In this document: positions 8,276-18,278 of the stretch, piece after piece
Numbering within the stretch: position 1 is the first letter of the stretch
How the letters are laid out: each line of letters begins with the position of its first letter
From: Flavobacteriales bacterium
Lineage (GTDB): Bacteria; Bacteroidota; Bacteroidia; NS11-12g; UBA955
Assembly (NCBI GenBank): GCA_947496375.1
Contig: CANMCY010000002.1
Coordinates: forward strand, 127,116-191,115
DNA: 64,000 bases
Direction of reading: 5' to 3'
Notes under the pieces: model-generated
Databases searched by the model: none
What the model saw: the letters and a program-made list of their open reading frames with translations, nothing else
Told to the model about the DNA's origin: nothing
Position numbers and translations under genes: made by a program

Positions 8276-11200
8276 GTGAGAAGAATAATTACCGGTTTAT
8301 TACTGCTCGGAAGTCACTCGCTTTTTTCTCAGTTTGTGCAAATTGGCGAGGGTTATTTTCTGGGTACTTTGGCCGGCCCTATGGTCGTTTCTACCTCTGC
8401 AGCAAACTACGGTTGCCGTTTTGCCTATATCTACCCCAAATCGGTGCTGGGCAATTTAAAGCACGGTGACAGCATGGAAAGTATGGAGTTCCTACGCAGC
8501 GCAGGTGCTGCCATTGGCACAGGAACGCAGCTCTCAATCTGGCTGAGAAATACTTCCCGCAGTGATTTCGGCAGCGGACGTATTTCTTTTTCGGGTGAGA
8601 CAACCTCTGCAACTAGGGTTTACAATGCAACACCCGCTTTTGATCTCGGCTCCAATGAAAGTTTTTACCGATTCCCGTTCACATTGGGTAAATATGTATT
8701 TGATACCACACAAGGGGATAACCTGGAAGTGCTCATAGAGTTCTCACAGAGCGTCGCTCAACCGGGAACTGTTAATTTCTATTTTGAAAGCAGCGCGAGT
8801 GTATCCGGCTTCTCGTCCAACCAGACCAAGAGCTTTACGGGGTGGCCTTTGCCCGATAGCTTGGGAACATCTTCCGAATATCACCCCACCGTTATCTTCA
8901 ATTACCCCCGCTTTGATTTTGATGCGGCAGCCATCAAATTGTATACCCTGGGCAAATTGCCTGTACCGTTGGGAAATCCTGACAGTGTGAAAGTGCTGTT
9001 GCGCAATGTGGGCAAAAAAAACCTAAGCGCTGCCCGAGTTAGAACGCTTTTAAAGGGCACCAATACCGGCGCTGACAGCACCACATTCAACCTGAATCGC
9101 GGTGCGCAGCTATTTTTAAATCTGCCCAGTCTGTCGCCATCCAAAAAAGGACTGGATACCGTTCTGTCCATAGCGGTAGATAATAATAGCAGCAATAATA
9201 CTGCCCGTAGCTACCGACAAACCAATGAAAATATTTACAGTTACAGAGATGTGACCCAGCCCCCGTCGCCCGGCGGCATAGGTTTTAACGGCACCACCGG
9301 CGATTTTGTGGCCCGCTTTTTTTCGAACAAAAGCAAGGCCATTAATCAGGTTACCGTGGCTTTCGCCATAGCAGGCCGATCCTTCAGGGTGGGCATTTGG
9401 GACAATAGCGGACGCCGCGGCAGACCGGGCAAACTGCTGTATCAGAGCAATCTGCTGACAACGGTGGCCGGAAATTACATACTTGACCTTACCACTCCGG
9501 TTTCCGTAGCCGGCACATTCTATGTAGGTGTAAGGCAACTGGGCACAAGCAATGTGGCATTCGGTTATCAGGATGAAAATCCGGTACGGCCCAATACGTT
9601 CTTTTATTCAACGCCTACCGGCGATACCAACTGGGTGGATTTTGCTCCCAACGCACCCTTTAAATTCATCATTGAACCCCGCCTTCAGGGTGATACGGAC
9701 TTAACCGCCGTGTCAGCTGATTTCCCCAAAGACAGCATTGACCGCTTTACCATGGATACCATGGCACCCCAGGGAACCATTGCCAATATTGGGGCGAAAA
9801 ACCTGAAAGACAGCTTCAGTATTCGCTGTGAAATCAATGTTTTTGGCAAAAATGTATACAGCCAAACCCTGCGCGACACCCTGTCCTCAGGACGCCGGAA
9901 AACCTACACATTCCCTAAAAAATTCTATCCGCTGGATTACGGTGAACACGAATTGAAAATCATCGTATCCGCAAAGGGTGATTTTATTAACGACAATGAT
10001 ACTGCAACCCGTAAATTCTTCGTCGGGGTGAAAAAAGATGTGATGGTATCGTCCGTTTTTGACCCATACAGCGGGGCCATCTATGAATTCCAGCGAGACA
10101 CTTTCATGCCTGTGGCCACCATTCAGAATCCCGGATACGACAACTCTGTTTCTTTCAATGCACGATGCCGGATTTTGAAAGGAAATACTGTTGTTTATGA
10201 CAAAACCAACACCCTGAGTTTACCCAGGTTTCAAAGCAGAATACTGTCATGGCCCACCTACCGTTGCACAGATACAGGCCGGCTTACGGTATTGTTTACC
10301 ACCGATATGTCCGGCGATAAACAACCCATCAATGATACCCAGCGGGTAAGCATTTTCGTCATAAAATCCTATGACCTTGGGGTGGACAGTGTGGCATCGC
10401 CTATGAAAAACTTTTTCTATCCTGTAGGAAAACCTATCGTTCTGAAGCCCCGGGTTTACAACGACGGTCTGCTGAATATAGGTGCTGCACGTTTGTCGGT
10501 GCGCATCAGTTCTGCTTACACCACAGCGGTTTTCCGCGATACATTTATGTATCCGCTCGCCGGAAAAGATGGCTATGTGGTGAGCATGCCCCGCTCCTAT
10601 ACTCCGTCCAAAAAAGGCATCTACAAGGCGGTTTTCAAGGTATATCATCCGCAAGATTATGTAAAGAGTAATGACAGCATTGTGCAGGACTTTTTTGTGG
10701 GCAATCCCTTTGATTACAGCGCCATATCGGTTAATTATCCCACTGGTAAAGACACCCTTTCTATAGGTGCAGGTCTGTATGCGCCTAAAATGCGAATAGC
10801 CAACCTGGGTTTTGTAAAAAACACGGATGCCGTGCCCTTTGTATGCCAGGTTTGGTATGGAAATACCCGCATTTACCAGGATATCAAAACCACATCTCTC
10901 GACACCGGTCAGGCGTTGGATTTTGATATGATGAAAACCCTAAACCCCATTAATGCCGGTACCTACCGGGTTATCGCCTACACCAATTATGCAGCCGATG
11001 TGAACCGTAAAAATGATACGGCCCTTTCAACTTTCACGGTTGTAATTGGCAAGGATGCTGGCGTGGTGAGCATTGATACCCCAGTTGCCGGACAAAAAGT
11101 GTATGCCCGTGAGACCTATTTCAATGTGCATGCCACCATCAGCTCCAACGCCAGACTGGCTTTGGGGCCTGTTCGTACAACAGCAGAAGTGCTCGCAAAA

Positions 11201-11986
11201 AACAACAGCATAATCAGCCAGGCGTTCCGCCTGGATACCTTAACGCTGGCGAAAATGGAGAAAAAAGTAATCCTGAGAGACCTGTTGTTGCCCGATTCCG
11301 GGAATTACACCCTTCGGGTACGCGTGAGCAGTGCACAGGATCAGAATATGTTGAATGACACGCTCAACACTCCCATACGCGGGGTAAGAAGACACGACCT
11401 GGCCTGGGTGGCGTTTGAAACGCCTACAACCGGGCAGTGGTTGCTCAACACTTCGGGTAATGCAAAACTGAAGGCATCGCTTATTCAGACGGGCGAAGAC
11501 ACCGCGGCTTATAATGGTAAGGCAATCTTTAGGGTGCTGGACAGTAGCAGCGGGTTCGTGTTATTTACCGATACGGGAAATTTCACCACACTTCCCAAAG
11601 GTATGTCGGTAACGGTAGCATCCAACAAGATGTTTCCTTTTGTGATTGCCGGCGCATTTAAGGCAGATGCTGTGCTGGAGCGTTTCACAGACCTGTTCCC
11701 CGAAAACGATACACTGCGCACGCACTTTAGGGTGGTGTATAATGCTGTGAGTACTTTACCGGATGCAGAATTTGTATTGTACCCCAATCCGGGAAATGAC
11801 CGTTTGATGGTAGCGGCCAAACAACCCGTTCAATCCATGATTTTGCGGGATTTGTCCGGTAAAACCGTAAAGACTGAAATAGGAGCAGGACCGTATAATA
11901 CAAATTGTGTGGCCCCGGGTATTTACATCGTAGATCTGCAATTTGCGGCAGGTTCTGCCAAGGCAGTCTGGGTGAAGCGGGATTAA
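8276..11986 (+). CDS. Large T9SS-secreted protein with tandem CARDB/Ig-like repeats
   Basis: GTG start after TATATTTG (8263-8270), signal peptide, about 7 modules ending DxxxxN(D/N)(T/S), and a type A CTD (LYPNP...DLSGK...APGIYIV). Confidence 0.85.
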   Translation: MRRIITGLLLLGSHSLFSQFVQIGEGYFLGTLAGPMVVSTSAANYGCRFAYIYPKSVLGNLKHGDSMESMEFLRSAGAAIGTGTQLSIWLRNTSRSDFGSGRISFSGETTSATRVYNATPAFDLGSNESFYRFPFTLGKYVFDTTQGDNLEVLIEFSQSVAQPGTVNFYFESSASVSGFSSNQTKSFTGWPLPDSLGTSSEYHPTVIFNYPRFDFDAAAIKLYTLGKLPVPLGNPDSVKVLLRNVGKKNLSAARVRTLLKGTNTGADSTTFNLNRGAQLFLNLPSLSPSKKGLDTVLSIAVDNNSSNNTARSYRQTNENIYSYRDVTQPPSPGGIGFNGTTGDFVARFFSNKSKAINQVTVAFAIAGRSFRVGIWDNSGRRGRPGKLLYQSNLLTTVAGNYILDLTTPVSVAGTFYVGVRQLGTSNVAFGYQDENPVRPNTFFYSTPTGDTNWVDFAPNAPFKFIIEPRLQGDTDLTAVSADFPKDSIDRFTMDTMAPQGTIANIGAKNLKDSFSIRCEINVFGKNVYSQTLRDTLSSGRRKTYTFPKKFYPLDYGEHELKIIVSAKGDFINDNDTATRKFFVGVKKDVMVSSVFDPYSGAIYEFQRDTFMPVATIQNPGYDNSVSFNARCRILKGNTVVYDKTNTLSLPRFQSRILSWPTYRCTDTGRLTVLFTTDMSGDKQPINDTQRVSIFVIKSYDLGVDSVASPMKNFFYPVGKPIVLKPRVYNDGLLNIGAARLSVRISSAYTTAVFRDTFMYPLAGKDGYVVSMPRSYTPSKKGIYKAVFKVYHPQDYVKSNDSIVQDFFVGNPFDYSAISVNYPTGKDTLSIGAGLYAPKMRIANLGFVKNTDAVPFVCQVWYGNTRIYQDIKTTSLDTGQALDFDMMKTLNPINAGTYRVIAYTNYAADVNRKNDTALSTFTVVIGKDAGVVSIDTPVAGQKVYARETYFNVHATISSNARLALGPVRTTAEVLAKNNSIISQAFRLDTLTLAKMEKKVILRDLLLPDSGNYTLRVRVSSAQDQNMLNDTLNTPIRGVRRHDLAWVAFETPTTGQWLLNTSGNAKLKASLIQTGEDTAAYNGKAIFRVLDSSSGFVLFTDTGNFTTLPKGMSVTVASNKMFPFVIAGAFKADAVLERFTDLFPENDTLRTHFRVVYNAVSTLPDAEFVLYPNPGNDRLMVAAKQPVQSMILRDLSGKTVKTEIGAGPYNTNCVAPGIYIVDLQFAAGSAKAVWVKRD

Positions 11987-12222
11987 GCTTGCAGGGGCGT
12001 AAACCGCTGTACTTCACCCTGCGCTGTGGTCACGGTTTCCAGAAACATGGCAGCAGGCCGCACCCAAAGGGTTCCGGGCGCAATATCCGGAGTTTCATAC
12101 AGTGGTTTGTACACCACCATTTCTTCCAGGGTTTCGCTGTGCAGGGCCATGCCTAATACTTCGTATTCACGGCCTTTGTAGTGGCGGTATTTGCCAGATT
12201 TTACCCGTTTTATAAACTCCAT
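11983..12222 (-). CDS. DUF1653 domain protein
   Basis: GKYRHYKGREYEVLGMALHSETLEEMVVY...WVRPAAMF...RF. Confidence 0.92.
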   Translation of the reverse strand: MEFIKRVKSGKYRHYKGREYEVLGMALHSETLEEMVVYKPLYETPDIAPGTLWVRPAAMFLETVTTAQGEVQRFTPLQA

Positions 12223-12270
12223 TGCCAAAAGTATGTATTTTCAAGTTTACAAATCCTAAAAAATGGATAA

Positions 12271-12350
12271 TTCCTGTACTCAAGTACAGAAAAAATCAGA
12301 TATTTCTTGTAGTCATATACATAAAAAACCCGTTTTTTCCTGTAGTCAGC
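12271..12350. promoter_or_regulatory. Three operator-like repeats with a 33-bp period
   Basis: TTCCTGTACTCA, TTCTTGTAGTCA and TTCCTGTAGTCA at 12271, 12304 and 12337. The first two contain TGTA-N6-TACA followed by an A-tract. Confidence 0.55.
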
Positions 12351-12376
12351 ATTTTTTTTTAACGGTTAAATGCATC

Positions 12377-12408
12377 AAAAAACCCGGACAAATTGCCCGG
12401 GTTTTTTT
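12377..12408. terminator. Intrinsic terminator of gap (bidirectional type)
   Basis: AAAAAACCCGG-ACAAATTGC-CCGGGTTTTTTT just downstream of the gap stop. Confidence 0.8.
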
Positions 12409-12426
12409 AAAGATATTTTACTGTGA

Positions 12427-13440
12427 TTATTTAGAAATCAAACCGGCGAAGTGCTTCACGGTGCGCACCAGCTGGCTCACGTAGCTCATTTCGTTGTCGT
12501 ACCAGCTCACCACTTTAATCAGCTGTGCATCGCCAACCGTTACCACTTTGGTCTGGGTAGCATCAAACAGCGAACCATAAGAAATGCCGATAATATCAGT
12601 GCTTACCAGTTCTTCTTCGGTATAGCCAAAACTATCATTGGCAGCAGCTTTCATGGCAGCGTTGATTTCAGCAGCCGATGTTTTCTTTTCGCAAATAACG
12701 GTCAGTTCGGTTACTGATCCTGTAATGGTAGGAACGCGCTGTGCGCCACCATCCAGCTTGCCTGCCAGCTCCGGCAATACCAGGCCAATGGCTTTGGCGG
12801 CACCGGTACTATTGGGCACAATGTTTTGAGCAGCAGCCCTTGCGCGGCGCAAATCATTTTTGGGATGGGGAGCATCCAGGGTGTTCTGGTCATTGGTATA
12901 GGCATGAATGGTGGTCATGCTTCCCGCCAGAATGGTGTATTCATCGTTCAGCACTTTGGCCATAGGAGCCAGGCAGTTGGTGGTGCAGCTTGCACCGCTG
13001 ATGATGGTTTCGCTGCCATCCAGAATATGGTGGTTTACGTTAAAAACAACGGTTTTCAGATCGCCGGTGGCGGGGGCTGAAATTACCACGCGCTTAGCTC
13101 CTGCAGTAATATGAGCTTCGGCCTTGGCCTTATCGGTAAAGAAGCCGGTGCTTTCAATGACTACATCCACTCCATGGGCACCCCATGGAATTTGTGCAGG
13201 GTCTTTCTGGGCATAAATTTTTACCTCTTCGCCATTTACAATGATGCTGTTTTCGGTGTGTGAAACGGTAGCATTAAAACGGCCCTGTGCACTGTCGTAT
13301 TTCAACAGGTGTGCCAGAACCTGTGGGCTGGTAAGATCGTTGATGGCCACCACTTCGATGCCCTGCATGTTATAAATCTCGCGGAAAACCAGTCGGCCGA
13401 TACGACCAAAGCCATTGATGGCTACTTTTACGGTACTCAT
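12427..13440 (-). CDS. gap: Type I glyceraldehyde-3-phosphate dehydrogenase
   Basis: [30 protein letters not shown] at 13465-13472 (-). Confidence 0.98.
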   Translation of the reverse strand: MSTVKVAINGFGRIGRLVFREIYNMQGIEVVAINDLTSPQVLAHLLKYDSAQGRFNATVSHTENSIIVNGEEVKIYAQKDPAQIPWGAHGVDVVIESTGFFTDKAKAEAHITAGAKRVVISAPATGDLKTVVFNVNHHILDGSETIISGASCTTNCLAPMAKVLNDEYTILAGSMTTIHAYTNDQNTLDAPHPKNDLRRARAAAQNIVPNSTGAAKAIGLVLPELAGKLDGGAQRVPTITGSVTELTVICEKKTSAAEINAAMKAAANDSFGYTEEELVSTDIIGISYGSLFDATQTKVVTVGDAQLIKVVSWYDNEMSYVSQLVRTVKHFAGLISK

Positions 13441-13513
13441 GATTTGATAAATAAATTAATGCGGCAAAATTACCGCTTTTTAAGGGGTTTTAAAAACCTG
13501 ATTATGGTCTTGA

Positions 13514-15808
13514 CTATCGCAGCGTCCAGACTGCCTGCAACTGCACACTTCTGGGAGGCCTGATATCACTGGGCCTGCCCACATATTCGCGGTTAAAAAC
13601 GTTGTTTACCTGCAGGTTAATCTTCCAGTGTTGATTGGGTTTAAACGCCAGACGCCAATCGAATACATGGGCTACACCGGCATTGTTCATAGATGCCTGT
13701 ATACCGGTTATAAATATGGGCAAAATACCCCTTGTAAATGCGCCATCAATATTGGTAATGCGGCTATTATACCTGTAACTGATACCCGATTCCCATTTCT
13801 TATATGAGCATTGTACATCCACCCTCACAAGATGCTGATAGCGATATTTCATGAGGTTATTGCTGTCATTGCGGGTATTGATAAAATTTAAAAATAATCC
13901 TGCACTATCGCGGGCATACACATATTCGGGGTTCACTGCCTGTGGACGGGTGTAGGTATATCCGCCTAATAACTGCCAATGGGTTTTTCCTATCTGCCCA
14001 TCGCCCACGGTTTCAAACTCTATGCCTCGGATTCTTCCAATACCCACATTCACACTTTTAAATCCGGGCAAGGTATTTGGATCCCACTGTCCAAAAGAAA
14101 ATTCCATCATGTTATTCAATTCCATTTGAAATACACTTAGGTCGGCAAAGCCACGGAGCCTTCGAATTTTATACCCTTGTTTTATGCCTATTTCAGCGTT
14201 ATTGCCGGATTCCGGCCGAAGATTAGGATTGGAATAAACGGTTAACGGCCCAACTGATGTGGTTACAAACAATTCTGCCATGCTGGGAAAACGAAAACCT
14301 TGTCCGGCGCTGGCACGCAAAAAAGTGGCCCTGCCCGCAGCATAGTTAACCCCGGCCCTGAAAACCGGTTTAGTATAGACATTCTGATTAACGGCATACA
14401 TTTCATAACGACCACCCCCTGATAAATTCCAACGACCTTTTTTATAATCGGCCTGAAAAAAGGCAGCTTGATTCCCTGCCGTCTGGTTCCCGCCAAACAA
14501 TGGCGAATGGGTTTCGGCAAGCATGCCGGCCGCCCCGATTACAATATTTAGGGACTGAAAATGCTGGCTGAGTCTGTATTCACCATAAAGCAGACTGCTG
14601 CCATTACTTTGATCGGTTCCGGCATTGTTTGCCCTAACACTGTTGTCTATGGCCAGATACCTGGCCTGGAATTTATGGGTTGCTTTTTTCCTTTTCCATT
14701 CGGCAAATGGATCTAAATGAATGCGAAAACCCTCATTGTAATTGTATCCATCCTGGAATGTTTCATATCCACGATCATAGCTCTTCCAAAGCAAAAAAGA
14801 ACCGCTATTGGATTGCTGAACACCTGAATTGATGCCATAATTAAGCCCCTTAATTTTTGCCGATGTGTGCTTTAGGCGAATACCCATCCTGCCCCTGTGG
14901 TTGTATTCATGATTTCGGTATCCTTGATCATAAAGCGCATTCCACTGCACTGTAATGCCTGTATTCCCTATCTTTTTTGACCAAAACCCATTTATACCAT
15001 GATTTCCACGGCGACTTTTATTCCATCGCAAACTGTCTCTGCGAGGATAATCATAAACTCCGGCAAAAGCACTTACCCTGGCGTTGTCTTGTTTCTCCGG
15101 TTCTGCACTTCTCAGGTTAACAACACCATTGAGTGCAGATGAGCCATAAAGCACACTGCCGGCGCTTTTTACCACCTCCACAGAAGCCAAATTCTCTACG
15201 GGCAAAAAAGCAAACTGTACCTGTCCGGCATCGGGACTAATCATAGGCAGCTCATCCAGTGTAACCATTACCCTGCTGCCCGCACCGTAACTCCAGCCGC
15301 TGCCGTTGCGGATGTTGACCTGTCCATCACTAATGTTAATTCCGGGCATTTGCTCAAGGATGGTAGACATATCAGCGGTTATTTTATTGTTGATGAGATA
15401 CGGTTTCAACACAGAAACACTCACTGCACTCCGGCTTAATCGGGAGGGTGTTTTGTCTGTGCTGATGATAAACTCATCCATAAATACGGAACGCGGCTGC
15501 AGGGTAAGTTTTACCGTCATTCCAGAAGTGATATCAACAGGAAATAGGGTGTCAAGCGGCAGATGGTTTTTTTGAAATACACGAATTCTACGCAAATCCT
15601 TCTCTACCACAATACGGTCTTCACGCATGCTGAAACTGCGAATCAGCCCCATACTGCTATAGGCAATAAATGAGTCGGGTTTAACCGGATTTCCGTCCTC
15701 TGTTTGAGTTACAACAACAACCTGTGCGTTAAGTTGAAAAACAGCAAAGCAAAAAAGCCACAGAAGTATTATCGAAAAAAATGGATATCTTTTGTATTTT
15801 CGTGCCAT
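13514..15808 (-). CDS. TonB-dependent receptor
   Basis: Plug motifs (VNIRNGSGWSYGAGSRV, VEVVKSAGSVLYGSSALNGVVN), NPNLRPE, NNVFNREY. Start uncertain; the ORF extension to 15955 overlaps the divergent gene. Confidence 0.9.
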   Translation of the reverse strand: MARKYKRYPFFSIILLWLFCFAVFQLNAQVVVVTQTEDGNPVKPDSFIAYSSMGLIRSFSMREDRIVVEKDLRRIRVFQKNHLPLDTLFPVDITSGMTVKLTLQPRSVFMDEFIISTDKTPSRLSRSAVSVSVLKPYLINNKITADMSTILEQMPGINISDGQVNIRNGSGWSYGAGSRVMVTLDELPMISPDAGQVQFAFLPVENLASVEVVKSAGSVLYGSSALNGVVNLRSAEPEKQDNARVSAFAGVYDYPRRDSLRWNKSRRGNHGINGFWSKKIGNTGITVQWNALYDQGYRNHEYNHRGRMGIRLKHTSAKIKGLNYGINSGVQQSNSGSFLLWKSYDRGYETFQDGYNYNEGFRIHLDPFAEWKRKKATHKFQARYLAIDNSVRANNAGTDQSNGSSLLYGEYRLSQHFQSLNIVIGAAGMLAETHSPLFGGNQTAGNQAAFFQADYKKGRWNLSGGGRYEMYAVNQNVYTKPVFRAGVNYAAGRATFLRASAGQGFRFPSMAELFVTTSVGPLTVYSNPNLRPESGNNAEIGIKQGYKIRRLRGFADLSVFQMELNNMMEFSFGQWDPNTLPGFKSVNVGIGRIRGIEFETVGDGQIGKTHWQLLGGYTYTRPQAVNPEYVYARDSAGLFLNFINTRNDSNNLMKYRYQHLVRVDVQCSYKKWESGISYRYNSRITNIDGAFTRGILPIFITGIQASMNNAGVAHVFDWRLAFKPNQHWKINLQVNNVFNREYVGRPSDIRPPRSVQLQAVWTLR

Positions 15809-15818
15809 TAACATTGCA

Positions 15819-16529
15819 ATGATAATGGTTAAAAACATCTTTTTTACATGCGTGATTCTTTTCACAGGCTCGTTGTTCTCACAAACATGCATCCCTGATA
15901 AAAACCTCACCAAATCGGGATTTTTACCGGCGGTTTTACCGGCGGCAGTAGTCAATACGCCCTATAATGAAGGTATTTCCGTATTAACTTTTAGGGATAC
16001 ATACACCACGGTTTTGGGTTCTAAGGTGGCAGTAAAGGTTGATTCCATCAAGGTTTTGCGTATCGGAGGATTGCCGGCCGGCTTATCCTATAAATGCCAG
16101 CATCCACGCTGTGTTTTTCTTTGGGATACCGTTCGCTGCATCAGCTTCTTCGGAACCGCCACTCAGGCAGGTTCTTATCCATTAAAAATTTATATTAGGG
16201 CATTTGCCAAGGTTGGCGGATTTACCTCCACTACTCAAAACGACTCTATCAGCTCCTACACCCTGGAAGTTGTTAATAATACAGCATCTGTTTGGAACCC
16301 GGCTTCATCATCGTTTCGTGTTTCTCCAAACCCCGCCAGTGATATAATTACTATTCAGGATGCTCATCAAAATTTAGATTGGTTTATTACGGATGTTTCC
16401 GGCAGACGAATGAATTGTTCAGTTGTTGAATCCTCAAAACAAGCCGTGACTATTTCGGTTAAAAACCTCAAATCCGGGTTATATATCGTAACGGATGGCA
16501 GGCGAAAAGAGAAATTGCTGATTCCCTGA
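15819..16529 (+). CDS. Small T9SS-secreted Cys-containing Ig-like protein
   Basis: Signal peptide, GGLPAGLSYKC...C...C..GTATQAGSYPL, and CTD VSPNPASD...DVSGR...LKSGLYIV. Confidence 0.85.
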   Translation: MIMVKNIFFTCVILFTGSLFSQTCIPDKNLTKSGFLPAVLPAAVVNTPYNEGISVLTFRDTYTTVLGSKVAVKVDSIKVLRIGGLPAGLSYKCQHPRCVFLWDTVRCISFFGTATQAGSYPLKIYIRAFAKVGGFTSTTQNDSISSYTLEVVNNTASVWNPASSSFRVSPNPASDIITIQDAHQNLDWFITDVSGRRMNCSVVESSKQAVTISVKNLKSGLYIVTDGRRKEKLLIP

Positions 16530-16532
16530 TTA

Positions 16533-16961
16533 ATGCCGCCGCTTTTTATTGCAATCCCTCGAAAAAAAGCAGAGCTTCCACAACTGATTGTGGCCGGTTT
16601 TCTGTGTTTTGTGGTCTGGTCCATTCATTATGCCATATTTGGCATGATGGGTGGTTTTATATCACTGCTCATTGCCCTGGTAGTTGTGTTTTTTCTGTAC
16701 CAAAAACTCAGAGGTGATTACTTTGTGAAGGTGGATGAAAATGGAATATCATGGCGGCAAAGCATTGTCTCGAGGTTTATTTTTATTCCTTGGAATTACA
16801 TGATGCGGGTGGATTATCTGGTGTATGAAATCAATTTCCAGATTAAGGAAAGTCGGCAGGTGGTGAGCTTTGCCACCAGCGGACTGGAAGACGAACAGAC
16901 CGATGCACTGAAACAGTATATTTCTGATACCGTAAAAAGGATAAAGGAATCTCCACAGTAA
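16533..16961 (+). CDS. Hypothetical membrane protein (2 TM plus bacterial PH-like domain)
   Basis: Two hydrophobic helices, then VKVDENGISW...IPW. Confidence 0.65.
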   Translation: MPPLFIAIPRKKAELPQLIVAGFLCFVVWSIHYAIFGMMGGFISLLIALVVVFFLYQKLRGDYFVKVDENGISWRQSIVSRFIFIPWNYMMRVDYLVYEINFQIKESRQVVSFATSGLEDEQTDALKQYISDTVKRIKESPQ

Positions 16962-16979
16962 TTATTGTATTTTCGCGGC

Positions 16980-18278
16980 ATGTCTTTTAGGCCCCACTTT
17001 GATTTTGTGGAAGAGTTGCGCTGGCGTGGCCTTTTGCATGATGCCATGCCCGGAACGCAGGATTTGTTAAACAGCGAACAGGTAACCGGTTATTGTGGTT
17101 TTGACCCTACAGCCGATTCTTTGCACATTGGCAACATGGTGCCCATCACCCTCCTGATTTTACTGCAAAAAGCAGGGCATAAGCCCATTGCGCTTGTAGG
17201 AGGGGCAACCGGTATGGTGGGTGATCCCAGCGGCAAAAGTGATGAAAGAAAACTGCTGGATCTGGCTCAAATTGAGCACAACCTGAGCTGCCAGAAACAA
17301 CAGCTGATGAAGTTCCTGGATTTTGAACAGGGTGAAAACCGCGCAGAAATGGTCAATAATTACGACTGGTTCAGTAAGTTTGGTTTTCTAGAGTTTATCC
17401 GTGATGTTGGGAAACATATAACCGTCAATTACATGATGGGTAAAGACAGCGTGAGAAACCGGCTGGAGGGCGGCGGTATGTCCTTCACGGAATTTTCCTA
17501 TCAGCTGGTACAGGGTTATGATTTTTTTCATCTTTTTACCCAAAAAAGTTGTAAGTTACAACTTGGAGGTAGTGACCAATGGGGCAATATCACCACCGGC
17601 ACAGAGCTTATCCGCCGCAAAACAGGGGGCGAGGCATTCGCGATTACCGCTCCCTTAATTACCAAAAGCGACGGCACCAAATTCGGGAAAAGTGAAGGCG
17701 GAAATGTATGGCTGGATAGAAATAAAACATCGCCCTACCGCTTTTATCAGTTCTGGTTGAATGTAGCGGATGAAGATGCCATGCGCTTTATCAAGATTTA
17801 CTCCCTGAAAAGCCGCGGTGAAATAGAAAAACTGATTTCAGACCATACAGGCCAGGAACACCTTCGTCTATTGCAAAAAGCCCTTGCTGAAGAAATGACC
17901 CAAAGGGTTCATTCCTCAGAGGATCTAGCGTTATCCATCAAAGCCACCCATGTGTTTTTTGGAGGGGGAACCCGAGAAGACTTGCTCGCTTTGGATGCCG
18001 AAACCCTCAGCAGCAGCTTGGATGGTATGGAAAAATTTACGGTTGACTGCACCCTGTTATCTGACGGAGTGTCGGTGTTGGATTTACTGTCTCAACACAC
18101 GCAGATATTCCCCAGCAAAGGTGAGGCACGCAAAATGATGCAGGCACAGGCGGTTTCCATTAATAAAGAAAAGTATACCGATATCAATGGCAGTGTTGAC
18201 AGCAGTTTCCTCTTACATGGCAAATACCTGCTCATACAAAAAGGTAAAAAGAACTACTTTGTGATTGAGGTAGTTTAA
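16980..18278 (+). CDS. tyrS: Tyrosine--tRNA ligase
   Basis: GFDPTADSLHIGN (HIGH), GGSDQWGNI, KFGKS, C-terminal S4 domain. Confidence 0.98.
   Translation: MSFRPHFDFVEELRWRGLLHDAMPGTQDLLNSEQVTGYCGFDPTADSLHIGNMVPITLLILLQKAGHKPIALVGGATGMVGDPSGKSDERKLLDLAQIEHNLSCQKQQLMKFLDFEQGENRAEMVNNYDWFSKFGFLEFIRDVGKHITVNYMMGKDSVRNRLEGGGMSFTEFSYQLVQGYDFFHLFTQKSCKLQLGGSDQWGNITTGTELIRRKTGGEAFAITAPLITKSDGTKFGKSEGGNVWLDRNKTSPYRFYQFWLNVADEDAMRFIKIYSLKSRGEIEKLISDHTGQEHLRLLQKALAEEMTQRVHSSEDLALSIKATHVFFGGGTREDLLALDAETLSSSLDGMEKFTVDCTLLSDGVSVLDLLSQHTQIFPSKGEARKMMQAQAVSINKEKYTDINGSVDSSFLLHGKYLLIQKGKKNYFVIEVV

Noticed and set aside
12263-12484. 73-aa ORF with an 11-aa SC repeat
   Set aside because: It runs through the gap terminator and antisense into gap; the periodicity is better explained by the DNA repeat.
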